This document shows positions 37,865 to 47,231 of a DNA stretch of 64,000 nucleotides, piece after piece. The notes below the pieces were generated by a model that worked only from the letters and a program-made list of their open reading frames with translations, was not told where the DNA came from and made no database searches. The position numbers and the translations under genes are program-made. This DNA is from an uncultured virus (IMG/VR IMGVR_UViG_3300028553_000005) (taxonomy: Duplodnaviria > Heunggongvirae > Uroviricota > Caudoviricetes): positions 1-64,000 of the IMG/VR virus record IMGVR_UViG_3300028553_000005; one strand, 5' to 3'. Each line of letters starts with the position of its first letter. Position 1 is the stretch's first letter.

Positions 37865-38536
37865 TTAATCTCCAATCTTTGTTTCTTTTGCTTCAAAAGC
37901 AATCCAATACTCAATGGCATCTTTAGTATTTTTAAAGTGGCCAATACCTTTGAAAGAAATTTCAACAGAATAACTTCCAGGAATTAATTTGATATTTTCA
38001 GTCTTGAAAACAATCTTATACTTTTTACCATCACCTTGGCCAACTTGAATCGAGTTGGTGTGAGCCGAATCGTCTAGAGAATCAAAAGCTGCCAATTGAA
38101 CGAACTCTCCATCAGATTCAACAGCAATGTGTGGCGAACCCAACACACTAGCTACCTTCATGATGTTTGCATAATCTTCTTCTGTTAAAGTGAAAGACAC
38201 ATCAACAGAAGGCAAAGAGATTTCTTTCTCTGGAGGAGTTACAATCATTTCTTTTGCCGTTTTACGATACTTTGTACTAGAACGACCAGATTTAAAAATA
38301 ACATTTGAATCGTCAAAACTCAATTCAGAATCTTTATGTAAAGAATGTACCGACAAAAATTGATTCAAATCATATACACAAAAGTCTTGTGGAAATTCAT
38401 CTTTAAGAGTGGCTTGTGCCAAAACAGTTTTACCAGCGGATACTGTGGTAAGTTTTGTGCCTTTCTTAAACTGAATGCCTTGATTGATTGCCGAAAAATT
38501 CTTTAATACTGCCAATGTTTCATTTGATAACTTCAT
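37865..38536 (-). CDS. gp45: Sliding clamp
   Basis: MKLSNETLAVLKNFSAIN, YDLNQFL and YWIAFE. Confidence 0.93.
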   Translation of the reverse strand: MKLSNETLAVLKNFSAINQGIQFKKGTKLTTVSAGKTVLAQATLKDEFPQDFCVYDLNQFLSVHSLHKDSELSFDDSNVIFKSGRSSTKYRKTAKEMIVTPPEKEISLPSVDVSFTLTEEDYANIMKVASVLGSPHIAVESDGEFVQLAAFDSLDDSAHTNSIQVGQGDGKKYKIVFKTENIKLIPGSYSVEISFKGIGHFKNTKDAIEYWIAFEAKETKIGD

Positions 38537-38556
38537 TGTTTTCTCCATTATAAAAA

Positions 38557-38916
38557 TTACTGCTTCGAATATATTGTATCATGTTCATACAGAAACATCA
38601 AGCAGCACATTGCGTGTGCCAAGTGATGTTTACCAGATTCAGGATCACTAATCTCTCCTTCTTTCCAAGCCCACAGGTGCCGTTGCATGGCATCAAAATA
38701 CCTACGTTTAGAATCTGGTACATACTTCCAATTGTCTGGTTCATACTTTTCTGCACCAAACGTAAGGATTTCAACTGTTGCTTTTAAAGCTGCTGGCGGT
38801 AATAACCCGTATTGTAATTTACCACCATCAAATTTACGGCCCCCGGTGGTTGCATTTTGTGAAGCCTTAACCTCATCTGCAATTTTATAACCAAAAGGAC
38901 CATTCACATCACTCAT
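38557..38916 (-). CDS. dATP/dGTP diphosphohydrolase-like protein (DUF5664)
   Basis: KFDGGKLQYGLLP, FGAEKY..DNW, AMQRH and DPESGKHHLAHA; start set to MSDVNG. Confidence 0.8.
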   Translation of the reverse strand: MSDVNGPFGYKIADEVKASQNATTGGRKFDGGKLQYGLLPPAALKATVEILTFGAEKYEPDNWKYVPDSKRRYFDAMQRHLWAWKEGEISDPESGKHHLAHAMCCLMFLYEHDTIYSKQ

Positions 38917-39734
38917 TACATTTCTCCAACAAAATTGGCCACAGCTGGCATATCTCCTTGGAAATGATACGTACCAATATGAGATGTTCTCATCCAAGGA
39001 CACAAATGAATTTTACCACCAATCTTACGCCACATTTGGCAAAACATATAATCTTCACTTAGATATCGCTCAGAACCACCGCCAACAATACTATCTTTTG
39101 TGTCAATAACCGTATCAAAGAAAGCATGAATGTAGCGAGTGCCATCAAAGTGTTGTTGACCAACATGGTCTGGTTTATAACGAATCATTGGATATGCTTC
39201 TTCCATCTTTTTAAAAACATCACGTTTAATCATCATAAATCCTGTACCAATCTCCAATACTTCTAATGGTTCAGTAACATTAAATTGTGCTGTACCTTTG
39301 ACTGGATTGAAAACATAATCACCAGTAACTTTTTCTAAAATAGCAGGATCAATTTCAGGATTTTTTACAATAGCAGTCTTTACAGATTTCCACTTAATTG
39401 CTTTCTTGGGATAAGGACCACCAGAAACTTCATTGTCCATGGCCAATAAAGCAATCACATCTTGTGGATTAAAATGAATATCGGAATCAATAAACAACAT
39501 ATGTGTGCAATCAGAACGATGAATGAATTCGTCCACCAAATAGTTTCTGGCACGAGTGATTAATGATTCGTTGAAAAGAAATGAAAATTTAATATTAATT
39601 CCGTATTGAACACACATTCCTTGTAAGTCTAAACAAGCTTTCATGTATAGTCCATGATTCATGCCACCATACATTGGTGTGGCTACGAATAGACTTTTCT
39701 TTTGTAAGTCCTCTTTTTTTATTGAAATTTCCAT
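38916..39734 (-). CDS. GT-A fold glycosyltransferase-like protein
   Basis: FVATPMYGG, ESLITRARN, FIDSDI, GTGFM and LSEDYMFC. Confidence 0.65.
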   Translation of the reverse strand: MEISIKKEDLQKKSLFVATPMYGGMNHGLYMKACLDLQGMCVQYGINIKFSFLFNESLITRARNYLVDEFIHRSDCTHMLFIDSDIHFNPQDVIALLAMDNEVSGGPYPKKAIKWKSVKTAIVKNPEIDPAILEKVTGDYVFNPVKGTAQFNVTEPLEVLEIGTGFMMIKRDVFKKMEEAYPMIRYKPDHVGQQHFDGTRYIHAFFDTVIDTKDSIVGGGSERYLSEDYMFCQMWRKIGGKIHLCPWMRTSHIGTYHFQGDMPAVANFVGEM

Positions 39735-39749
39735 TTGTTCTCCGAGAAT

Positions 39750-39783
39750 AAAAAAAGGGGATGCCGATGAACGACTTCCCCTA
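39750..39783 (-). terminator. Rho-independent terminator
   Basis: AGGGGAAGTCG-TTCAT-CGGCATCCCCT followed by a T run. Confidence 0.7.
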
Positions 39784-39793
39784 TAACCTTAAA

Positions 39794-40063
39794 TTAGGCT
39801 GCGAAAGAATACCCAGCACGTAAGGCAGCTTGAACCATCGCTTTAGTTGGTGTACCTAAACGATAGAAACTAACTTTACGACCATCACCGGTTGTGCGGG
39901 TGTTAGTATAGATGCAATGACCTTCTTGACGCAGCTCATCGATACGAGCAGAAACATTGCTGATGCCGAAACGGCGTTGTGCTTGAGCAGTTGTAAAAGT
40001 GTTATAACCGTCTTGCTTCTTTAGTGTGTTGAGCATGCGCTCTTTAGCTGATAACTTAGCCAT
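39794..40063 (-). CDS. Winged-helix DNA-binding protein
   Basis: FTTAQAQRRFGISNVSARIDELRQEG...YRLG; start MAKLS after GGAG. Confidence 0.7.
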   Translation of the reverse strand: MAKLSAKERMLNTLKKQDGYNTFTTAQAQRRFGISNVSARIDELRQEGHCIYTNTRTTGDGRKVSFYRLGTPTKAMVQAALRAGYSFAA

Positions 40064-40118
40064 TATATAAACTCCAATCATAGTTAAAAATAAATCCTTG
40101 CGTATTGCAAGTTCTCAC

Positions 40119-40148
40119 ATCATAACATTATATATGTGTGTGTGTCAA
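40119..40148 (-). promoter_or_regulatory. sigma70 promoter
   Basis: TTGACA-18 nt-TATGAT with TG extension. Confidence 0.6.
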
Positions 40149-40169
40149 GTATATTTGTGGCATACTTGA

Positions 40170-41435
40170 TTATCTGCCAACTTGTGGCAAATACTTTGCC
40201 TTGGTTTCTTCCCAAGTTAAATAAATCAAATCATCATAGAAAAGTGTTTCATATGAAACATTGTTTTTCTTTTGTAGTTGCCGAATACGACCTTTGGCAT
40301 ACTTTGTTTTCCAGATGTTTGTTAACGCTTCTTCACTGGTATCAAACGACTTTACCAGTTTATCTTCTGTAATTTCTTTTCGTAAAAATTCACAAGTGTT
40401 ATTATAGAGATAACTAAAATATATACCACGTTGGTGTTCTGTTCTAGTTTTGTCTTTTGATATACCAAGTTTTGGATAAGCAAAATGTAATGAACGATTT
40501 TTGTGATCTCGTTTGAGTGGCAATCCTTGTGGATTCTTTGCTTCCCACCATTCAAAATATTTGCGAGTATGGTTTTCTTTTATCCAATCAAAAATCAACT
40601 GTTTGGTTTGTTTTGTTGGTTCAAAGGCAACAGAGCCAGAGGAGAATCCCATAGAATTCCAATGCTCGAGGCCGTCATATTGAGAAAGACCACCCGCTTT
40701 AGTTTTTCCATATAATGAAGTGGTTGTAACTCCTACCAAAACATCACCATATCTTTCTTTCCAATCATTTTGAACTTTGTCAGATAAACATAATAATGCG
40801 AGTAATTTACCACCCATGTAATTATATCCAAGAGGTTGTAGTGGTACAATTGTTGAACCTATTGCTGTGTGGTTAATCATACTCTGTGATGTTTTCACAT
40901 CTCTGGACCAGCCAATTGCTTTATCTCTAGGAGTTAAATCTAAAAAGTCTGATGAGATACAGATAACACCAAGATACTTATTCGTTTTTTTATCTTTAAC
41001 AATGTAATATAAATTTCTTCCAATATTAGAATTGTTTTTCATTGTAGAAGAAAATGTTCTTATAGCATTCCATTCATCAACACGATTAGTATTAGCCAGA
41101 TACATTTGAGGTTCTAGGTTTTGAAAATCATCCACATCTTTAGGAACCCAAATATTGTTTTTTACTTTGTTTATAATAGCTGCTTGTGCATCATCTTCCC
41201 AAGAAATATCTGGATCACCAAACATATTCACACTAGCTTTGCCTGGATATCTTTCTTTTACTTCACACCATTTTTGATATAAAGTATATTCACGAACATC
41301 CATTTGAGAGGCATATTCTAAATCTTGAGTAACAGTTTTTGTTAACTGTTCTTTATCAATATGCCGAATCTGGTCCGATGGATTTTTTTCTGTCCACCTT
41401 TTCCATTGTGTTTCTACGGGTTCTACTCTTGCCAT
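40170..41435 (-). CDS. DUF4338 (DruA/Mom-like GNAT) family protein
   Basis: IVPLQPLGYNYMGGKLL...DWKERYG...TTTSLYG...SQYDG; LTPRDKAIGW; RGIY. Confidence 0.75.
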   Translation of the reverse strand: MARVEPVETQWKRWTEKNPSDQIRHIDKEQLTKTVTQDLEYASQMDVREYTLYQKWCEVKERYPGKASVNMFGDPDISWEDDAQAAIINKVKNNIWVPKDVDDFQNLEPQMYLANTNRVDEWNAIRTFSSTMKNNSNIGRNLYYIVKDKKTNKYLGVICISSDFLDLTPRDKAIGWSRDVKTSQSMINHTAIGSTIVPLQPLGYNYMGGKLLALLCLSDKVQNDWKERYGDVLVGVTTTSLYGKTKAGGLSQYDGLEHWNSMGFSSGSVAFEPTKQTKQLIFDWIKENHTRKYFEWWEAKNPQGLPLKRDHKNRSLHFAYPKLGISKDKTRTEHQRGIYFSYLYNNTCEFLRKEITEDKLVKSFDTSEEALTNIWKTKYAKGRIRQLQKKNNVSYETLFYDDLIYLTWEETKAKYLPQVGR

Positions 41436-42007
41436 TATTTGAGTTTCAACTTTCTCATGATTTTATTTCTTTTATTCATACCTGACTGTAAAGCCATTGG
41501 CTTTGTATGACTAGTATACACGATACCATTCATGTGGTCAAGCTCATGTTGAAAACAACGAGCAGATATGCCATCAAATTTTGCCTGTTTTATTTCTCCA
41601 TGATAATTCTGGTATTCAACCATAATTTCTTTTGGTCTGGTAATCCTTAAACCTAAAAAAGGAAAAGATAAACAACCTTCTATCATGTGAACTTCTTCTT
41701 CGGTTTTTGCCGTTATCTTAGGATTAAAATATGCCACATATTCATCTCCGGCACCCATTACAAATACACGATATGAAAATCCACATTGATTTGCTGACAG
41801 TCCAATACCACGATGAAGTTTACAGGTTTCGGCTAAAGACTCCACAAATTCTTCTGGATTAACGGGAGGATTTTTAAAATCAAATTGTGGTAATACCTGT
41901 TTTAAAATTGGATCGTTTTCATTTACCAATTTAAAATATTTCGATTGTTGTTTTTTTACTTCAACTTTGGAAGCTACTTCTGTATCATACTTAAAAATTT
42001 CACTCAT
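41435..42007 (-). CDS. def: Peptide deformylase
   Basis: GIGLSANQ, EGCLS and QHELDH. Confidence 0.93.
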   Translation of the reverse strand: MSEIFKYDTEVASKVEVKKQQSKYFKLVNENDPILKQVLPQFDFKNPPVNPEEFVESLAETCKLHRGIGLSANQCGFSYRVFVMGAGDEYVAYFNPKITAKTEEEVHMIEGCLSFPFLGLRITRPKEIMVEYQNYHGEIKQAKFDGISARCFQHELDHMNGIVYTSHTKPMALQSGMNKRNKIMRKLKLK

Positions 42008-42545
42008 TTATTTTCTCCTGCAATTCATCAAATACACCCATAGAAAGGTCAAAACCTATTAAAGCCTCATCGACCAAATCTAAGCTCAATTTTGAATCAA
42101 TTGCTTTGATTAATCCTGGTCGATCTTCAAATTGATATGCTTTACCAGAACCAGGAACTCGTTTAGCAATTGCTTTACCCCCATATAAATCACCCATATG
42201 ACGAACATACACATGAGCAAAGATATCTTTTTTCTTATCCAAATAATATAAATCAATTATCCTTTGTCTATATTTTTCTGTTGCTGATAACGTAGGTTCG
42301 AATGTTGTATGGCCAAGTTCATACAAATCTTCGTAAATATAATCTTTTCTTTTTATGTCCTTTAAATCAAGTAATAATAAAGACATTTCTGCAAAATATT
42401 CTATTGCACCATATATAACCGACATCTGTTTTAAATACAAAGCATAATGTTCTGGTGTAATATTACCATGTAATAGGTACTGAACAAATGGTTTTGCTTC
42501 TGCTTCTCTATGTTTAGCGTTTGTATAATCTCTTAATATACTCAT
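42000..42545 (-). CDS. Heme oxygenase
   Basis: T..KHREAE proximal His and AHVYVRHMGDLYGG. Confidence 0.88.
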   Translation of the reverse strand: MSILRDYTNAKHREAEAKPFVQYLLHGNITPEHYALYLKQMSVIYGAIEYFAEMSLLLLDLKDIKRKDYIYEDLYELGHTTFEPTLSATEKYRQRIIDLYYLDKKKDIFAHVYVRHMGDLYGGKAIAKRVPGSGKAYQFEDRPGLIKAIDSKLSLDLVDEALIGFDLSMGVFDELQEKINE

Positions 42546-44257
42546 TTTGCCACCTGACTGAAATTGTTTTTCTTTTCAAATTTAATGATTGACCTAAACT
42601 TATCAAATAGTTGGTCACCTTTATGTGATATAACAAATATGTTTGTATCGTTGCCCATCTCATGAATTAGTTTTAAAAATTCTTCTGTGCCAACACCATC
42701 TAAAGAAGAATCGAATACCTCATCGAGAATCAATAGATTGGTGTTTGTGCTATTCTTTAATTTGGCAATCTGTCGCCATGTAAACAATAGTGCCAAATCG
42801 ATTCGCATTTTTTCACCTTCTGAAAAGTTGGCATAACTAAATTCATCACGGTGCCTTGATTTAATTGTTTCTTCAAACGATTCATTGATATTGAAGTTCA
42901 CAAAGAAGTCCATGGCTGTCAAATACTTATTAATTAGTTTATTCATAATAGGTAAGTATTGGCGAATAATCTTTGTTTTAATACCAGTATCTTTTAACAA
43001 GTTGCCAGCAAATTCATAATATTGTTTTTCTGTAGATAGTTCTTCTCGTTTGGTAATCAATTCAGCCAAATGTGTTCTGAGTTCTCTTAGTTTGGCATTT
43101 TCTTCTTCTAGGTTATCTTTACGATTAGATAAATCATTAATTTCATTTTGTAATTTACCAATAAAACTATTTACTGCTGTAATAGTAGAATTGTGTTTGA
43201 CTATTTCATTATTATGTGCCTGTATGTGTTGAATTATTTTCTGTATGGCATCAATTCTATCACTTGTTTCAGCAATCTGTTTTGCTATACCTGTTAGTGC
43301 ATCATTAACTTCAACCTTGGTGTTGTTTAGTGTGGTAATTTGTTGTTCCCTAAATTCTTGTTCTATGCCTTGTTTGCAAGTGGGACAATCACTATTATCA
43401 TGGTAGAATCCAACTTCTTTTTCAATCTTCTTTAAACGAGATTCTAGTTTAGATTCTAATTGAACCAGTTTGCCACTCTTTTTTTGCATGGCCATTTGAT
43501 CCGATATCTTACTATTCAACACATCAATGTGTTTCTGAATCAATCCAATATCTTTGTTCAACTTCTTGACCTGTTTTTCTGAATCTGTAATATCTTTTTG
43601 TTTTTTTTCAATCTCGGCATCATTATGTTTTCGGTGTTCTTCAATACTTTGTTTTTGAAAATTAATCTTCTCAGATGTCAAATCCATTTCATATTTGTTT
43701 TTGGTGGAGGTATCTTTTATGGTGGCCATTTTCTCTTTAACCACACCATTCATAGACGAAAAGATTTGAATGTCTAGTAAGTCCTCAATAATGGCTCTAC
43801 GGTCTGCTGGTGATAATTGCATGAACGGAACAAACGAAGCTGAACCAAGAATTACCACTTGAGTAAATGATTTATAGTTTAATTTGAGAATAAACTTCTC
43901 TAAGTGTTCTTGATAGTCTTTAGCTTTGGCATCTTGGTCAACCATTATGCCATTACAATACACTTCAAATGTATTTGGTTTGATACCTCGAATTACTTTG
44001 TATTGTTTTTTACCAATAGAAAACTCAATCTCAACAATGCAGTCCGCTTGGTTGATAGAATTTGGTAATTGTGGTTTATTGATTTTACGAAATGGTTTAC
44101 CAAAGAGACCAAAACACAAGGCATCCAGTATCGTAGATTTACCTGCACCATTATTACCAATGATAAGTGTATTTGGTGATTTGGTTAGATTGATTTCAGT
44201 AAAGTTTAATCCTGTTGAAAGAAAATTCTTCCAACGGACTTTTTCAAATTTAATCAT
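42542..44257 (-). CDS. gp46: Recombination endonuclease ATPase subunit
   Basis: GNNGAGKS, CPTC zinc hook, FSEGE and LDEVFD. Confidence 0.95.
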   Translation of the reverse strand: MIKFEKVRWKNFLSTGLNFTEINLTKSPNTLIIGNNGAGKSTILDALCFGLFGKPFRKINKPQLPNSINQADCIVEIEFSIGKKQYKVIRGIKPNTFEVYCNGIMVDQDAKAKDYQEHLEKFILKLNYKSFTQVVILGSASFVPFMQLSPADRRAIIEDLLDIQIFSSMNGVVKEKMATIKDTSTKNKYEMDLTSEKINFQKQSIEEHRKHNDAEIEKKQKDITDSEKQVKKLNKDIGLIQKHIDVLNSKISDQMAMQKKSGKLVQLESKLESRLKKIEKEVGFYHDNSDCPTCKQGIEQEFREQQITTLNNTKVEVNDALTGIAKQIAETSDRIDAIQKIIQHIQAHNNEIVKHNSTITAVNSFIGKLQNEINDLSNRKDNLEEENAKLRELRTHLAELITKREELSTEKQYYEFAGNLLKDTGIKTKIIRQYLPIMNKLINKYLTAMDFFVNFNINESFEETIKSRHRDEFSYANFSEGEKMRIDLALLFTWRQIAKLKNSTNTNLLILDEVFDSSLDGVGTEEFLKLIHEMGNDTNIFVISHKGDQLFDKFRSIIKFEKKNNFSQVAK

Positions 44258-45324
44258 GCCTGTTCTTGGTTCAATGCCTCAACATATAATTCACGCATTA
44301 CTGTTTTTAGCTTTTCATTATCAATGTGTTCTTCTTGAATACCATCTACAAACTTATTAATAATTGTAATAGTATCTTCCGCTTGATCCACCATATCATC
44401 TTCTACACCTTCTGTCAAGTCTGTAAAATCTTCTGCAATGGTAATATCAACAGGATTTACATTATACAGATTGTTCATGAACTTGTCAAACAAATAGGGG
44501 TTTGTTTTATTAATTACCACAACTTTAACATAGGTATTGGTATACTTGCTCAAGTCTTTATTATTGATTTCGGTAATTGATTCCACTTTATCATCATAAA
44601 CAATTCTATGAAACATTACATTTGGGTTTTTTATAAAATCAAGACTCCGAGTGCTAAGGTCAAAAAGATGAAAACCTCTAGTGTCATTATAATCTTGCCA
44701 AGTAAGTTCATAGGGGTTTCCAAGATAATGTATACCGTCAGATGAACTCCGATGATGATAGTGACCGCTAAAAGTAAAATCAAACTTTCTGAATAACTCA
44801 CGACTTAATCCTTCTTGACTTGGCATACCACGATGCATAGCGAAGCCTTGAATTTCAAAGTGTCCCATACAGATATCAGCATTGGTATCAGATATAACTG
44901 ACATACAGTCATTATAATTCTCAGGACAAACCCAAGGTACCATACAGATATTTGTATTCTTCACATTAATAATGGTTGGTTTTGAAATTACATTAATGTT
45001 GCTGTATTCTTGCAACAGCAAATCAACCGAGTTCACATCATTGGTATTTTTAAAATAGGTATCGTGGTTGCCAGCCAACATATGTACCTGTATGCCTTTT
45101 GCATACAACTTATCAAAGAACATTTCTCTTGAACGCTTGAGTGTAAAAAAGTTTATATACTTTCTGCGATCAAATGTATCACCTAAAATAAGAACAGTAT
45201 CAATACCGTTCTCATCAATTGTGGTAAAAAAAGTGTCCCGATAAAATTTTTCATAATAATCTAAAAAATGTATTGAATCATTACGAGCACCAAAATGTTG
45301 GTCAGTTATAATAGCTATTTTCAT
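44254..45324 (-). CDS. gp47: Recombination endonuclease nuclease subunit
   Basis: TDQHFG, GDTFD, GNHD and SGHYH. Confidence 0.95.
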   Translation of the reverse strand: MKIAIITDQHFGARNDSIHFLDYYEKFYRDTFFTTIDENGIDTVLILGDTFDRRKYINFFTLKRSREMFFDKLYAKGIQVHMLAGNHDTYFKNTNDVNSVDLLLQEYSNINVISKPTIINVKNTNICMVPWVCPENYNDCMSVISDTNADICMGHFEIQGFAMHRGMPSQEGLSRELFRKFDFTFSGHYHHRSSSDGIHYLGNPYELTWQDYNDTRGFHLFDLSTRSLDFIKNPNVMFHRIVYDDKVESITEINNKDLSKYTNTYVKVVVINKTNPYLFDKFMNNLYNVNPVDITIAEDFTDLTEGVEDDMVDQAEDTITIINKFVDGIQEEHIDNEKLKTVMRELYVEALNQEQA

Positions 45325-46109
45325 TTTCTCTCAATATCTTCTTCTTCACATTTTTCACCATACTGAATCTCTATAATTTTTAAAGGCTCACTTGAATTGT
45401 TTTGTAATTGATGCCAGACATTAATTGGTACGTGTACAGTATTATGTTTGTAATAGATGTTTTTTGAATTTGAACTTGCTCTTTCTTCAATGACTGTTGC
45501 TTCTCCTTCAACAACATGCCAATGTTCATTTCTATATTGGTGCCTTTGCATTGTTAGAGATTGGCCAGGATCCACAACCAATTCCTTAACTTTGGTATTT
45601 GGTGTTTCATATAATACACGATAGAATCCCCAAGGTCTTTTTGTTTTAGGAGATTTCCATTCGTTCAATAAATTTGAAGAAGAATTTAACTTGATTTGAC
45701 CACCAACACCAAAAACAAATTCAACACCATCAACAGACATTTCTGGTATGTTGTCTTTAGTTCTGTCACCACCATTTGCAAATATGAATATAGTATTGTT
45801 ATCACGCCATGTTTTCTTTACTGTATCTAATAGTCTAATTGCACTATCATCTGTGTCATCAAAATTAACAACATAGTCAACAGATTTAAGTGCTTTTATT
45901 ATTTTAGACCGGTCGTGCCAATTCATAAAGGCTTTGCCTTTTTTACGAATCAACCACTCATCACTATTAATACCAACAACAAGAATGTCGCCAAGGCTTT
46001 TGGCTTCATTCAAATAAGCAATATGGCCAGAATGTAGTGGATCAAATCCACCAGATACAACAATAATCTTTTTAGTTTCGGTTTGGTTTTCTATGTTCAT
46101 TGTCATCAT
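45321..46109 (-). CDS. Cytidylyltransferase fused to cupin (mannose-6-phosphate isomerase-like)
   Basis: GGFDPLHSGH and FANGGDR; RPWG...QRHQYRNEHW...IIEIQYG. Confidence 0.85.
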   Translation of the reverse strand: MMTMNIENQTETKKIIVVSGGFDPLHSGHIAYLNEAKSLGDILVVGINSDEWLIRKKGKAFMNWHDRSKIIKALKSVDYVVNFDDTDDSAIRLLDTVKKTWRDNNTIFIFANGGDRTKDNIPEMSVDGVEFVFGVGGQIKLNSSSNLLNEWKSPKTKRPWGFYRVLYETPNTKVKELVVDPGQSLTMQRHQYRNEHWHVVEGEATVIEERASSNSKNIYYKHNTVHVPINVWHQLQNNSSEPLKIIEIQYGEKCEEEDIERK

Positions 46110-46239
46110 AATATTTTATCTCAAGTACGGATTCATTAGGTTTGTTGCCAGCAAAAAAGGCAGCATCTTGTAATGTTTTAAACCATTTAAAAAACACAAC
46201 TGTTTCTGATTGTGTTGGGTAATAACAAACTTTGTACAT
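46072..46239 (-). CDS. Hypothetical 55-aa protein
   Basis: MYKVCYYPTQ...FKWFKTL; AGGAG RBS at the end of gp55. Confidence 0.45.
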   Translation of the reverse strand: MYKVCYYPTQSETVVFFKWFKTLQDAAFFAGNKPNESVLEIKYYDDNEHRKPNRN

Positions 46240-46243
46240 TATA

Positions 46244-46780
46244 TCACTCTCCTATAAACTTTTCAATACCTTTTGGCTTATTCACCGTTTTTTTATTTGC
46301 CTTGGCTGATTCATAAGTTTCTATAAACTCGGCAATATTATCATACAGTTCAAACTGCCTTGAAGTGCCATCTTCAAATTCCATCATTTCAAATTCATCC
46401 AAAATACCCATTTGTTCTGTGGCTTTATATTTAACATATAGTTGTTTCTTTTCTTTACCAATTCTACGTAAAAAAGCATAATAGATAATCTGTGTAAAGT
46501 AGGCAAATGGATTTTTAGATTTGTTTGGATCAAAATTATCAAAGTACATTAAACAATTTTCAATACCATCTGACATCATTTCATCACGGTAAGTGTAATT
46601 AATGAAGTTGGGTTTGTGTGATAAACCTTCTGCTATCTTCATAAAGCACTCACCAATGTAATTAGGAATGGGTGGAGGAGGCAATTTGTTCTTCTTAGCT
46701 TCCTTCTGTGCCAATTTATAGTCAATTAAAGCCTGTAAAAAATCAGCATTGTTTATATAATGTTTTTGTTTAGTTGCCAT
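46244..46780 (-). CDS. gp55: Late transcription sigma factor
   Basis: HYINNADF, YIGECFMKIA, PNFINY and NPFAYFTQI. Confidence 0.93.
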   Translation of the reverse strand: MATKQKHYINNADFLQALIDYKLAQKEAKKNKLPPPPIPNYIGECFMKIAEGLSHKPNFINYTYRDEMMSDGIENCLMYFDNFDPNKSKNPFAYFTQIIYYAFLRRIGKEKKQLYVKYKATEQMGILDEFEMMEFEDGTSRQFELYDNIAEFIETYESAKANKKTVNKPKGIEKFIGE

Positions 46781-46850
46781 GTTTACCACATAAAGTTATT
46801 GACATTTGCTTGACAAGAGTGTAAAGTCGAGTATGTCCTGGTTTAAAGTA

Positions 46851-47231
46851 TTAATGTAATGTATCATTACCTTGGTTCATCGTATTAAATTCATCAACAA
46901 TTTCTTGTATTTCATCATCGGTCATATCCTTTACTGAAGCTTTTGCCTCTAACAATCGATTAACTTTTTCCACAGTACTAAGGTAATATTCGGAGAATTC
47001 ATCGTCTGGTTCTAAAACACAAAGAACATCATGAGCGTTTAATTGAATTTGATTTTTCTTAAGCAGTTGAACTGGCAGCCAATGCCTCATAACTAAACCA
47101 GAATGATTACCACGGTAATCAACCTCAAATGCCATTGGTTCGTCAATGTCATAATATTGAATACCATTGGCGGTTACATTACCAATAATATCTTCACCAC
47201 TCTTTAATCGAACTATTTTTATTGTGTTCAT
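46851..47231 (-). CDS. Hypothetical protein
   Basis: RLKSGEDIIG N-terminus; lies between uvsW and gp55. Confidence 0.6.
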   Translation of the reverse strand: MNTIKIVRLKSGEDIIGNVTANGIQYYDIDEPMAFEVDYRGNHSGLVMRHWLPVQLLKKNQIQLNAHDVLCVLEPDDEFSEYYLSTVEKVNRLLEAKASVKDMTDDEIQEIVDEFNTMNQGNDTLH

